DNA of 63,834 nt, counting the filler, from Lenisia limosa (taxonomy: Eukaryota; Protista; Breviatea), in the NCBI GenBank assembly GCA_001655205.1. It is 12 parts of 12 records of this genome, joined end to end, with 100 filler letters (N's around TTAATTAATTAA, not from the genome) between each part and the next. Parts side by side here need not be neighbours in the genome. Positions count along the whole stretch, not along the records: positions 39,915 to 44,306 come from LPNZ01007070.1; positions 44,407 to 49,414 come from LPNZ01010500.1; positions 49,515 to 53,451 come from LPNZ01006910.1; positions 53,552 to 55,901 come from LPNZ01009401.1; 8 more parts are not named here. One strand, given 5' to 3'. The number at the start of each line of letters is the position of its first letter. Positions within the stretch are counted from its first letter, which is position 1. A model generated the notes under the pieces. It was given only the letters and a program-made list of their open reading frames with translations, was not told the DNA's origin and did no database searches. Below are positions 39,915 to 53,812 of the stretch, one piece after another. The position numbers and the translations under genes are program-made.

Positions 39915-41225
39915 GCCCAGAAAGGAACACCAATTGGGGGCAGTTGCTTCTGTTCAGAGCATCCCATGAAAAGTTACTGAGTAAAACTTTTGACATCAAT
40001 AGTAATAAAAGCCAAGCTCTTTTTGGTGTTAGAGTTTTTGAACAAAATCGAATGAACCCCCCCACAAACACATACATATACACAGCATCCAGAAAGCCCC
40101 CCTCCCCTAACCATGAACAACAGCAAGCCACCCACAACATCAAAGACAAAAGGGGCCCCTAAAAAAAGGTGTTTCACTTCGTTTCGAAAAAGACCATAAA
40201 AATATCGATAGTGTAATATGATTAATCGAGAAATTCAGTCTTTTTCGAACAGAAGCGAAGCCCTACCAAAAACACACACAAGAGAATAACGACTCATCCT
40301 CTCACGCAGGATTAGTGGACTTCGCAGCAGAATCTGTTGTCGTATCTACAAATTGATGAGAGATATCAAAGTAGGTGATTAAAGATAACGCATTTTTATA
40401 TTCATGTTTTCAAAAAGATGAGACTATAGGGATAGGACCTAGTATAATATTAAGCGAATATTGACACAAATCCCTTGTAGAAAGGAAGATTATTCCAGTT
40501 TGTTTAAACAACCGAGTTTGAAGAGTTTGCAAAAACAACTCTTTGTTCGATAGAGGTTTTAGATTTGAATCATTTAAATAAAACACACGTTTCTCTTGGA
40601 TTCCACATTATCCAAACTTAAATAACTGCCATCTGGTTTGCCATTCAACTCTAAAAACCAACTTCAACCAACTTACTGTCAGAAGCATCTCGCCTCGAAT
40701 TAGAGCCTTCTTGTTCACATGGGTTAGCTGACTTGCTCTTATGGACCAACAACGCTTGACTACAGTTTGCAAGTAGAGTTACACTACTCAAAAGTGTGAC
40801 TAGAAACGTAGATGCAACGAAGGGTTGTGAAGCTGGGGCAGGGAAAGGAGGGGAATCGCTATCTTGAAGTTCCTGCTCCGGGAGATTACTGTATTCACGT
40901 CCTCCTTTTGCCATGGCGAGGATAGGGAGTGATGGTGCAAAAAGACTGGATTATTCCAGATCTCCGAAGACAAAAACGTCTTGTTCACCCCATGAGGAAA
41001 CAGATTGCTCCAAAGAAGATTCTAGAACGTTACCCCGATATTTACACAGCCGAACCCGGGGGAGTATTTAAAGTTTTTCTGTTTTTTTTCATAATCCTCT
41101 TTTGTTTTTGACATTCAGTATGTTTGGGGTCGTCTCTTTTTTGCTCATTATTGGAAAAGGGGTTGCATATAGCTCCAGTGTTGCCTTTTTTTTGGTGAAC
41201 CAACTGCTAACCCTCTCTTTTAGTC

Positions 41226-44164
41226 ATGGACGCCAAGAAGCAGCAGAAGTTGAACAACTGCATCCAAAGATGCAAGGACAACAATGTTATCCTTCCCACC
41301 TTTGAGCAGATGCGCTACCCCGAGACCATCCCCCAGAGCATCAAGGATGAGCTTAAGGGTATTGGCATGTGGGTATGTTGGGGAGCACGGCAATATTTGA
41401 CTTTATATATTTCTGCCTTCCCTGATTCACCAAATTAGGACCTCAACCCACGTAATCTCTTCCGTATCACCTGGAAAAACGAGCCTGTTGATAACGGTGG
41501 AGGATTCGGCAAGGTTTGTCTTGTACCTCGTGAAGAATAAAAACTCATCTCTTCAGGTCAACCATGTTGAGCTCCCCAGCTCTCTGACCGGTGTCAAGGC
41601 CCGTATCTTTGTCCTCTCTGGCAAGTACTTCCCCACTGGTGCCCACAAGGTATTGAGATTATTCACTTTGTTCTATTCCCCTTTAAATCAGACTCTTTAT
41701 ACTTATATTTTGTTCATTCAGTCACGCTATGCAGGATTTTCTGGGTTTTGTTGATTTTTATCATGATCTCTTGCTATTCTCTTGCTGTCATCCTAGTTAT
41801 CACGTATTCTTAACTTCTACTTGCTTCTATACTGTTCTAACATCAGGTCGGTGCTACCTACGGTCCCCTCGTCTCCAAGATGGTTTCTGGCGAGTTCGAC
41901 CCTACCACCCAGAAGGCTCTCTGGCCCTCCACTGGCAACTACTGCCGTGGTGGTGCTTACAACTCCCGTCTCCTCGGTGGCCAGCCTATTGCTGTCCTTC
42001 CCCAGGGTAGGCAGTAATCTGATCCTTCATCTTTATCTTCTTTCGTCATCATTCTCATTCTGCGCAGGCATGTCTAAGGAGCGCTTCGATTGGCTCAAGA
42101 AGGTCGACGCTGAGATCCACGCCACCCCCGGTAAGATGAATATCCCTTTTTGTCTCCCCCCCCCCCNNNNNNNNNNNNNNNNNNNNNNNNNNNNNNNNNN
42201 NNNNNNNNNNNNNNNNNNNNNNNNNNNNNNNNNNNNNNNNNNNNNNNNNNNNNNNNNNNNNNNNNNNNNNNAGGAAGTCTTTGACAAGACCCGCGAGCTC
42301 TCTGAGGCCCGTCCCGATGAGGTTGTTGCACTCAACCAGTTCGAGGACTTCCACAACCCCATGTGGCATTACTACGTTACCGGACACGTAAGCTTGCTGC
42401 CAAAAGAGACGATATTAATAACTATTCATGGCTTTGTTCTTTCTTTTAGTCCTTCCCAAGATTCGCATCACCACGCTTCGATACCTCTTCCATTCCTTTT
42501 TTTTTTATAAACGTTCTTCTGAATTACTAACCACTATAGGCCATTGAGGAGGTCTTCGGCTACTACGCCAAGGAAGGTGACCGTCTTGCCGGACTCCATC
42601 TCACGCAGGTATTGGGGGGGGGGTATATGGGTGTAATATCATTCTCGTGGAATAGGATCAATAACACGACACAGATCTAATGATCCGATAATAACACGAT
42701 CTAACGATCCAGGGATCTGCTGGTGGCCTCGGCGCCGGTGAGTACATCAAGGAGAAGTACCCCCGCTCCAAGCTTGCTGCTGGCGAGTCTGTCCAGTGCC
42801 CCACTCTCCTCTGCAACGGCTTCGGCGAGCACCGTATTGAGGGTATGTGGCNNNNNNNNNNNNNNNNNNNNNNNNNNNNNNNNNNNNNNNNNNNNNNNNN
42901 NNNNNNNNNNNNNNNNNNNNNNNNNNNNNNNNNNNNNNNNNNNNNNNNNNNNNNNNNNNTTTGTTTTGGACACCTGTCTGTTTACCAAAATTTTTCTTTA
43001 AAAAAAACGTACCACCACTCACCGCTGCAGGTATCGGCGACAAGCACGTTCCCTGGGTGCACAACATCAAGACCATGGATATGGTGTGCTCCATCGACGA
43101 CGAGGACTGCATGAGAATCCTCCGTCTGTTCAACGAGCCCGAAGGCAAGAAACAGCTCCGCAAGCAAGGTGTCCCCGAGGCTACCATTGAGAAGCTCCAC
43201 ATCTTCGGCCCCTCCGGTATGCTCCTCCATCGTTTTTACTTATTATAATCTCTTATGAGCGTGATGGTGTGGACGGTTTCGGCCAGTGATAACCTTTTAT
43301 CTGAACATCTTATCAACTTTCATCCCCCCGCCTTTTTTTTTCTTTTTTTTTTTCTCACAGCATGCACTTTAACTCTCCAGGCATCGCCAACATGCTCGGT
43401 CTCATCAAGATGGCCAAGTACTTCGAGTGGACCGAGAACGACTTTGCTTTCACCCTTGCCACTGACTCTGTTGTCATGTACCAGTCTCGCCTCGAGGTTC
43501 GGGGGGGGGGGGACTTGATTTTGAGTTTCTTTTTTNNNNNNNNNNNNNNNNNNNNNNNNNNNNNNNNNNNNNNNNNNNNNNNNNNNNNNNNNNNNNNNTA
43601 TTGTACTTCCCAATAAATGCCCTTTTTTTATTCTATTTTAATACCTGACATCTTACAGGAGCTCACCGCCGAGCGCGGCCCTTACAGCGCCACCGATGCC
43701 GCAATCGACTTCCACCACTCTCTCAAGGAGGTATGCTTTTGAATGTTTTTTTTTTGCGGTTGTGGCTGTGAATTTGGTTGTTTTGACTTTTTCTTGTGTT
43801 TCCCCTTCTGTTCACCACACAGCAACAACCCAACAACATGATCGAGTGCACCTACCTTGACAAGAAGCGCATGCACAACCTCAAGTACTACACCTGGATT
43901 GAGCAACAAGGCAAGACCCTCTCCGAGCTCAACGCCCAATGGTGGGCCTTGGCGTCTCAAAACCTATCTTTGAATAGTCTTTATGTTTTTCACCCTTTCC
44001 CACAACTTTTTCATTTCATCATTTTCTGTCTTTTTATCCAAACTCCACTGTCTGACCCCCCTCCCAGGTATGACGAGGCCTATTGGACATCCAAGTGGAA
44101 CCGTGTTGCCCGCTACGAGCAGCTCATCAAGGAGTTCAACGCCAAGGTCGGCATCAAGGTCTAG
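41226..44164 (+). CDS. Fold-type II PLP-dependent enzyme (tryptophan synthase beta superfamily), long bacterial-type subfamily; 13 exons
   Basis: Exons 41226-41372, 41439-41513, 41557-41649, 41847-42006, 42068-42130, (gap)-42387, 42540-42608, 42713-42842, 43031-43216, 43381-43496, 43659-43730, 43823-43941, 44068-44164. Motifs: GKYFPTGAHK|VGA (PLP Lys), WPSTGNYCRGGAY, GSAGGLGAG, HRIEG|IGDKHVPW, HNLKYYTWIEQQGK. Confidence 0.92.
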
Positions 44165-44306
44165 GCTTTTGTCTTCTTTGATACATTTTTTTTTCAAGAA
44201 CAAACAGTGAAGTGTCTAGTATCGTGAAGTGATGGGTTGATTATCAAATAGGTGGGGGGACATGACCGTGTCCAGGGACATGACCGTGTCCACTTTTTTT
44301 TATTTT

Positions 44307-44406
44307 NNNNNNNNNNNNNNNNNNNNNNNNNNNNNNNNNNNNNNNNNNNNTTAATTAATTAANNNNNNNNNNNNNNNNNNNNNNNNNNNNNNNNNNNNNN
44401 NNNNNN
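44307..44406. other. Artificial scaffold-join spacer 8
   Basis: 44 N + TTAATTAATTAA + 44 N. Confidence 0.97.
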
Positions 44407-44866
44407 ACCAATCACGACGTATTTTTAAGAGTCAGCCCATTTTTAGACAAGCCCATATAGAGAGGGGGGGTTCATTTATCACACCACAGCCCATCTAAAC
44501 TTCCTTCACCCCTCATCAATCCATATATAAACTGTTATCAACTCTCATATGTTGCTTGCCAACAGAATTTATTTTGGGCTTTGTTTTGTTGTTCAGAGTC
44601 GATTGGGGTTTTTTTAAAAAAAAAATGTTTCATAAATTTTCCAATTTTANNNNNNNNNNNNNNNNNNNNNNNNNNNNNNNNNNNNNNNNNNNNNNNNNNN
44701 NNNNNNNNNNNNNNNNNNNNNNNNNNNNNNNNNNNNNNNNNNNNNNNNNNNNNNNNNNNNNNNNNNNNNNNNNNNNNNNNNNNNNNNNNNNNNNNNNNNN
44801 NNNNNNNNNNNNNNNNNNNNNNNNNNNNNNNNNNNNNNAGCTTATTGTTATCTAGGGGTGCGGGTA

Positions 44867-44962
44867 GGGTTTCACTTTGGTTCGAAAAAAAAACTGATTT
44901 ATCGATAAAACCTCGAAGACTATCGATATTTCCCCCGTTTTTTCCGAACCAAAGTGAAGCCC
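44867..44962. mobile_element. MITE family A copy
   Basis: ta|gggtttcactttggttcg...cgaaccaaagtgaagccc|ta. Confidence 0.85.
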
Positions 44963-45339
44963 TAGTTGCGGGTAGGAAGATGAGAATCTGGGCAACAGCA
45001 TGAAAACCACTTCTTGAGAGGAACCCAATCGTTTCAAAGACCGACTTTCTCGATAAATCCTCGATACTTATCGATATTTAAACGATCTTTTTCGGATCGT
45101 AGGGAAGCCCAAATTATACGGCATTCCATGTATCTTATCCTATAATATAAATCATTTCCCCCGCACCTTTCACCCCTTATCTAAAACCCCATCACCGCCA
45201 TATTCTCTTTCCTTCATGGTACCATCGTTGTTTTTGCACTTTTTTTTCATAATTTGTTACATTTACCCATATTCTTCAAAATTTCCTTCTTTTTTTGTTT
45301 CATAACCTGTCCATTTTCCCTCCCGATCATCCCCCATAG

Positions 45340-46082
45340 TCCCAGTCTTTGGAAGATGCGAACGAGGAGCTTGCTCGCCTCAACGCTGAACTAGCCGACC
45401 TCAATGATCAGGTATGGGCATAACAATGCATTGAAGGGGGATGGGATCTCAATGATCAGGGGAGTGTAATGAAGTGACCATAAAAACAAATGGCAATACT
45501 CCGCACACGCTTCAAATATAGTAAGGACACCACTTCTGTCCGAAAGAGATCGGCAAACTATCGAAATACGATAAGTGTTGACCTATTTACTTGGTAATTG
45601 ATACTTGAAATTAAGTCATTTTCTGGATATATATGAAACAAGACAAGGGAAACAAATACACATTAAGACCATATGTCGGGGGGAAGCGTCTCACCAGGAT
45701 CAGAGTGAAGCGCTACCTCCATCTCACTTTTTTAGGAAGGAGATGAAACCTGGGATGGAGAGGAAGAAGGCTTCGAAGATGGTGGGGGGGTCCACTTCAT
45801 TATTATAAATCTATCCCCCCACGTGTTCATTTGAAAACAAAACAAAAAGCCAATGAAATAAATAAACAAATAAATGAAGAATATTGATGGAACGGGGGAG
45901 ATTTTTTGCTTGAAATCTTGGGGGAGGGGGGCTTTGAAAACAGATCATATTCCAGTACAGCAGCCACAAGCACAAGTTGTTACTTGTAATTCGCTGATGC
46001 TTCCCCAAAAAAACATTATTTTTACTTTTTAGGAGAGGGCGAGGCCGAGCGCAATGACCTTGATGACGCGCTCTTTGATTAG
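45340..46082 (+). CDS. 3' end of an acidic coiled-coil protein
   Basis: SQSLEDANEELARLNAELADLNDQ|EGDETWDGEEEGFED|GEGEAERNDLDDALFD*; phase-consistent. Confidence 0.6.
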
Positions 46083-46299
46083 GCTTTTCCTCTTGATTTA
46101 TTGTACATTATCTGAACGGGAATAATGAGATATCTATTTTTATTCCACGCTCTTATTAGGGACTTGGGGTGTTTGATGAGGCTTTTTTCTTTTGACTGAA
46201 TTTAAAGATTAGTTTTTTCTGAGTGTGTCAAATAATCATTGAAATGTCTTTATAATCATACGCTCATGTCACTGTAAAAATGATCCCAGTACCAACTGC

Positions 46300-46610
46300 C
46301 CAAAAATTGATCTGAAGAAAATAAGAAAATGAAATGTGATAAAATGATGACATGAAAATTGAGAAAAGATGTCAAAAAAAATGAGACAGAATGGAAAATT
46401 AATAGAACATAAAAAATGATGGAGAATACAAAAGTGGAAAATGAGATTAATTGAGAGAAGATGAGAGAAGTTGTGAAAAATGAGAGTGGTGGAAAATGAG
46501 AGAATTTGTGAAAGTTAAGAGAATTTGTGGAAAATGAGAAATGAGAGCAGTTATCAAAAATAAGAGAAGTTGTCAAAAATGAGAGAGGTTTTGAAAATTG
46601 AGAATTTGTG
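46300..46610. repeat. Degenerate GA-rich minisatellite (aaaatgagagaagttgt-like)
   Basis: Repeated aaaatgaga units. Confidence 0.6.
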
Positions 46611-47097
46611 TTAAGACAAGTTGCATTTACAATATCTTCTACTATCTGTTTTTATGATTGCCATTTCATATTAATACATGTGCAATGTTTTGTTGGGGAT
46701 TTTATTGTGTTGTTTTTGAACTAATAATTACAGAATATAACGAAAATATTGAAAAAAAAACAAAAAAAAAACAGAAAGCCACTCGCTGTTAAAAGATAAC
46801 CCCCCCCCCNNNNNNNNNNNNNNNNNNNNNNNNNNNNNNNNNNNNNNNNNNNNNNNNNNNNNNNNNNNNNNNGAAACGCTTGCGAATGCCAAACCCTTGG
46901 TAGGATGGAAACATGTTGCTAGTCTGCTGGTTGGCAAATACATAGGCTTCAGAATTCTGGGTTGATATTGGAGGAGATACTGTGATTTCTCATCTCAAGA
47001 AAGCAAGCATTATTTGTTTATTTGTTATGGCCAAGTTGTCCCATTGCACGGAATCAGTTATTGTCTCTTTTGTTTACTTATCTGAAAGGATGAAAGT

Positions 47098-47352
47098 GAT
47101 GTTTGCAATTCTTGACAAAAATGTGTAATATGATATAATGGAGACACGATTTGACTAATTAGGGATTCGTGCAATTAATTTTGTAAAGAAATAAATTGAT
47201 TTGAATAAAGCGTCTCAAATAGTTTACATTTCCATGTGACGCACTTCGAATTTTGCAATTATTTTTTCCAATTAATTGCACGAATCCCTAATTAGTCAAA
47301 TCGTGTCTCCATTATATCATATTACACATTTTTGTCAAGAATTGCAAACATC
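47098..47352. mobile_element. MITE family F copy within an 83-bp perfect inverted repeat
   Basis: Arms 47098-47180 and 47270-47352 are exact reverse complements; core 47168-47282 is homologous to 48919-49040. Confidence 0.8.
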
Positions 47353-47482
47353 CATCCCAATATCATCGTATTGTTTTTTGTTTCGCAAGATTTTAACAGT
47401 AGATCGAATTATTTCTGATTCCAAAAAGTAGCTCTGAATGAAACAGCAATTTAATGCATAAACCTGATGGGATTGGACGAAC

Positions 47483-49243
<1,761 letters not shown>

Positions 49244-49414
49244 CTGGGGAGAGAGGGTAAAACGAAGGAACTTTCGATGAAGAATAAGCCATCACAAACA
49301 CGAAAAACCAACGCTAAAACTAGACAAAAAACCAGATGACAAACAAAAAAAAGCCTAAAATCAACTCTGTTGTTGACACGACACATTTTAAGCCCTTTAT
49401 ATATATATACTATC

Positions 49415-49514
49415 NNNNNNNNNNNNNNNNNNNNNNNNNNNNNNNNNNNNNNNNNNNNTTAATTAATTAANNNNNNNNNNNNNNNNNNNNNNNNNNNNNN
49501 NNNNNNNNNNNNNN
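49415..49514. other. Artificial scaffold-join spacer 9
   Basis: 44 N + TTAATTAATTAA + 44 N. Confidence 0.97.
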
Positions 49515-51972
49515 AGCGCCACACTCATTATGAGAGCAATGCAGCGCACTTCAGTCTTTGGCACCCAGCCCAAGTCCCCGAGCCTCTCCTTGAACCGTGC
49601 CAACTTCTCGTGGGGAGGGGTGTGTGTATGTGTGGTAGTATGTTAGTATGTTAGACAAAGAAGGGGTGCCGTAAGTAACAAATCAGTTGTGAATATGAAT
49701 GCTGAGTGTTGAGGATTGTAATTAGGGCTTCACTTTGGTTCAAAAAAAGACTGAATTTCTTGATAAATCCTCGACAACTATCGATATTTTACCGATCTTT
49801 TTCAAACCGAAGTGAAGCTCTAATTGCAATACCTCTTATCAACATTTCTTTTGAATGCTATGCCTAGGTGAAGAATTAAAATTTTTTGTCACATTCCCCA
49901 TAACATTTCAGAGAGGACAATTTAGCTCTCGTACAGCAAAACCAGGAATTCCCCAACTACCAAGGAGGTGAAGGGCTGCCTTTTTTGCCACCAAGCCCAA
50001 ATGTATTGAACGAGGACTGGAAAGACCACCCTTGAACAAATTGACAATGATATACCACCGATCCCAAAAAGGCTGAATTTCTCGATCGATAACTTTCGAT
50101 ATTTTAACGGTCTTTTTTCGGACCGTAGGAAAGCCCTGGGATACCATACCTACCACACAGTGTACATAATAAAGGGACATAATGGTTGTCAAATACGATA
50201 GGGGTGTTTATCTTTCAGGAGAGTTCAAGGCTATCATGAAGCTTGTCTGTCTCCTTGATGATGGACTTGCCATTAAGGCCCAGGTATGAACTTTATTGGG
50301 TATTTGTTGTGTACATTAAGAGTTCATACTTGTTTTTGTGAAGCATTCTTATCATGTGTCGATATTTGTTGTCACAGTAGCTCTCTCATGCTTCAACTTT
50401 CGATTGTTGATAATCATAAATCCTTTGGATCATGACAATCATATCATTTGACCTGTAACAACTATGGTAGTGTTGATCGTGCAACTGAATTATTATTTCT
50501 GTATTTTTAAATTATTTTTTTATCATCACGGCACCTTTTTACATAGTTATTTTTAACCGACTTCACTTTCGTCTCAAAAGACAGAAAATATATCGGGAGT
50601 TTTTGATCATTCGTTGAGATTTTTCAGTATATTTGGGACCGAAGTGAAGCCCTAAATACGCTATTTCATTCAGCTTCACCAAAAGGCATGATCTCAACGG
50701 TCTAGGTTGATAGAGCCATTGACGAATGCGACCATATGCAGAACCTCAGGACAACCATTTACGAAGCCAAAGCCAAGTCAGACGACTATGCCGCCGCCCT
50801 GCATGCCAGTAAGGGAAAAACAAACTCAAATATATTTTAAGATGTAAACTACTCACTTTGTCCAAAATCATTACTTTCGGAACTAAAGTGAAGTCCTCAA
50901 CATTTATGATAAGTCATTATGGTTTGGGCATATCATATAGTATATGTCCATAATTTTTTTTTGGCTTTTGTGTTTCATGAATTTTCCAATTTTNNNNNNN
51001 NNNNNNNNNNNNNNNNNNNNNNNNNNNNNNNNNNNNNNNNNNNNNNNNNNNNNNNNNNNNNNNNNNNNNNNNNNNNNNNNNNNNNNNNNNNNNNNNNNNN
51101 NNNNNNNNNNNNNNNNNNNNNNNNNNNNNNNNNNNNNNNNNNNNNNNNNNNNNNNNNNNNNNNATTACCTTTACGTCAATATTCTTCACCAAAATTTCCT
51201 TATCACCCCCCAGCCTGCGAGGATCCTGATGACCCCGAAGCAGTTCAGCTTAGGAGCAACCAGGTTGGCTAATGTTACTTTCTCCGCTTTCTCATTTGGA
51301 GGTGTTTTTTCTTACAATTACTTCATTCCTTCAAATCGAATAAGCTGAACTGTCCTGCAAATCTAATCTTTTAGGTGAAATACCACAACTACGCTGTCAA
51401 CTACCTGGAAAGGTTGGGGCTGATGGCAGACTGTATCATGTTGTATAGGCTTTGTTTTATACGGCTTCGGCCGATACAACCTTGTTTTTTTTCTCATCTC
51501 TATAATATGCATATATTGCCCTTTTTTGCATGTAGAAATACCCCCCCCCCCCNNNNNNNNNNNNNNNNNNNNNNNNNNNNNNNNNNNNNNNNNNNNNNNN
51601 NNNNNNNNNNNNNNNNNNNNNNNNNNNNNNNNNNNNNNNNNNNNNNNNNNNNNTGTAAATGTATCCAGAATTCGAAGAGATCCAGTAAATATATCATATT
51701 GATTTTTGTGGGTGTAAGAAAGTACTCGTTGGTGCTAAACCCCTCAGGTACTGGTGGCTGATAGTCTTCAACGCATACCTCAATGAGCATGCTTCTTCAG
51801 GTTTCAGAAAGTCCTTTGTCCAATGGATGTCAAATAGGTTTGCTGCGTCTAGTTTGGGCTTCTGAATGATGAGTTTTGTTCATTTTGTTTCGTTTTATTT
51901 TTGTTTATTTCTTACATTGTAACCTTTAGATGGGGACTGCGGAGAACCCTTCGTAACTTGAACTGCGATTAG
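49515..51972 (+). CDS. Paladin-like tyrosine/inositol phosphatase, C-terminal part
   Basis: GEFKAIMKLVCLLDDGLAIKAQ|VDRAIDECDHMQNLRTTIY...|AVNYLER|YWWLIVFNAYL...SFVQWMSNR|WGLRRTLRNLNCD* matches paladin-family motifs. Confidence 0.85.
49725..49820. mobile_element. MITE family A copy in a paladin-like intron
   Basis: ta|gggcttcactttggttc...aaaccgaagtgaagctc|ta. Confidence 0.8.
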
Positions 51973-52107
51973 CTATTGTGATCTTGGGGTTTTTTTGATT
52001 GTTTATTTGTTCAACCGTGATGTTTACTGGCTTTTTCTTAATCTAATTATATTTATCCTTATTTAAAGTGTTAAAAAGAATATCTTTAACCTTTAAGAGA
52101 GGGTAAA

Positions 52108-53335
52108 TTAACATGATTCGCTGGTGGAACTTCCACTATGAACCCATGGAGGTCCAGCTGTGTATTCGCAGACAACCGCAAAAAAAAAACAAGTCAGCAC
52201 TCATAGAACCCAACAATAAATACATAATCAACATCAAATCCCACATTATCTACTTGTTCTTCCACACGCACTTACGGGGGTCTTCAGGCTAGAAAGAGTC
52301 AAATTATAAAACACTTTGGTTAGACTCTAGCCGAAGAGTATTAGAATAATGACGGTGAAATAACTCATATTGGTCAATTGAGACGAACATAATGCTCCCC
52401 CCACTCCTCTGGTGTAGGTGACGGTGGTGTTGCGCTGTTGGTCATCTTCAGCACAGCTTCGGCAGGCCATTTTCTAGGCAGTTGAGTGGGGTAATGGAGG
52501 AGGGGGTACTAATGGTATTGCGAGTAGTATCCAGTTTTTTAGAATGTTCAAGTTCTAATATCCAGGCGCAAAACTCCATTGCTGCGCGTTTACTCCCCTA
52601 CATCACCCGCCCACTTTGACACTTCATAGCAGACAAACACCTTTTTTTGTACTTCATATTATACCCGATCATTCAGATCATTGCCATACCCACATCATTC
52701 AGATTATTACCTTACCCAGATCAGATTACCTTACCCAGATCATACAGATCATTACCTGACCCAGATCATTTAGATCATTGCCATACTCCCCCCCCCCCAC
52801 GTCATTGACGAGGAACACCTGGTCTCCAACACTGTTCTTGCAAATACCNNNNNNNNNNNNNNNNNNNNNNNNNNNNNNNNNNNNNNNNNNNNNNNNNNNN
52901 NNNNNNNNNNNNNNNNNNNNNNNNNNNNNNNNNNNNNNNNNNNNNNNNNNNNNNNNNNNNNNNNNNNNNNNNNNNNNNNNNNNNNNNNNNNNNNNNNNNN
53001 NNNNNNNNNNNNNNNNNNNNNNNNNNNNNNNNNNNNNNNNNNNNNNNNNNNNNNNNNTAATACATGATAAGAAATCTCAACTTGGGAATAAAGTTGCCAG
53101 TCAAATAGAACCCTTCGCCCAGAGAGATCCTTATGATCCTAGTGTTAATAGTGTGACTTTTCTGCAAAAACAATAACAACAACAATAATAAATATAATAA
53201 GAATATAATAATAATAAAGAGTTGTACCCCCACCTTGAACTTGCCAGTCAATGCCTTGTCACATTCGGCGCAACGGGCGACGTCACGTTCCGGTGCACAG
53301 TCAACATGCACTATGTCTCCGTTCGGCAGACGGAA
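52108..53335 (-). CDS. LIM-domain protein, C-terminal part
   Basis: HVDCAPERDVARCAECDKALTGKFK|(gap)ICKNSVGDQVFLVND|KMACRSCAE gives LIM zinc-ligand spacing; ends ...SSTSESC*. Confidence 0.75.
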
Positions 53336-53451
53336 CTAGGGGGAGGGGGTGAGTAAAACGAAGGAAATTTCGATGAAGAATATAAGATAAAATGAAAGAA
53401 ATTTCAATGAAGAATATTGGTATAAAGGTACTAATCACGAACCGAATAATC

Positions 53452-53551
53452 NNNNNNNNNNNNNNNNNNNNNNNNNNNNNNNNNNNNNNNNNNNNTTAAT
53501 TAATTAANNNNNNNNNNNNNNNNNNNNNNNNNNNNNNNNNNNNNNNNNNNN
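53452..53551. other. Artificial scaffold-join spacer 10
   Basis: 44 N + TTAATTAATTAA + 44 N. Confidence 0.97.
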
Positions 53552-53603
53552 CTATATATATAAAAAAATATATATCATATATATAAAAAAAAACTAATAA
53601 TCT

Positions 53604-53690
53604 GGGCTTCACTTCAGTTGAAAAAGACCGGTAAAATGTAAATAGTTTTCGAGGATTTATCCAGTCTTTTTTCGAACCAAAGTGAAGCCC
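53604..53690. mobile_element. MITE family A copy
   Basis: gggcttcacttcagttg...cgaaccaaagtgaagccc|ta. Confidence 0.8.
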
Positions 53691-53812
53691 TATAAATAGG
53701 ATTTATCGAGGATTTATCGAGAATGAATCAGGAATTTAGAATTGAGACAAGCAAAAGCCCCCCTCCCCACTCTTTATCCCGTTTTTTCTCCGCTTCCTTC
53801 GATACAGTCACC

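Noticed and set aside
39944-40162. LLFRASHE as a TLDc-domain motif
   Set aside because: Splice signals (CTAAC...AG) favour a minus-strand exon here and the rest of the motif is missing
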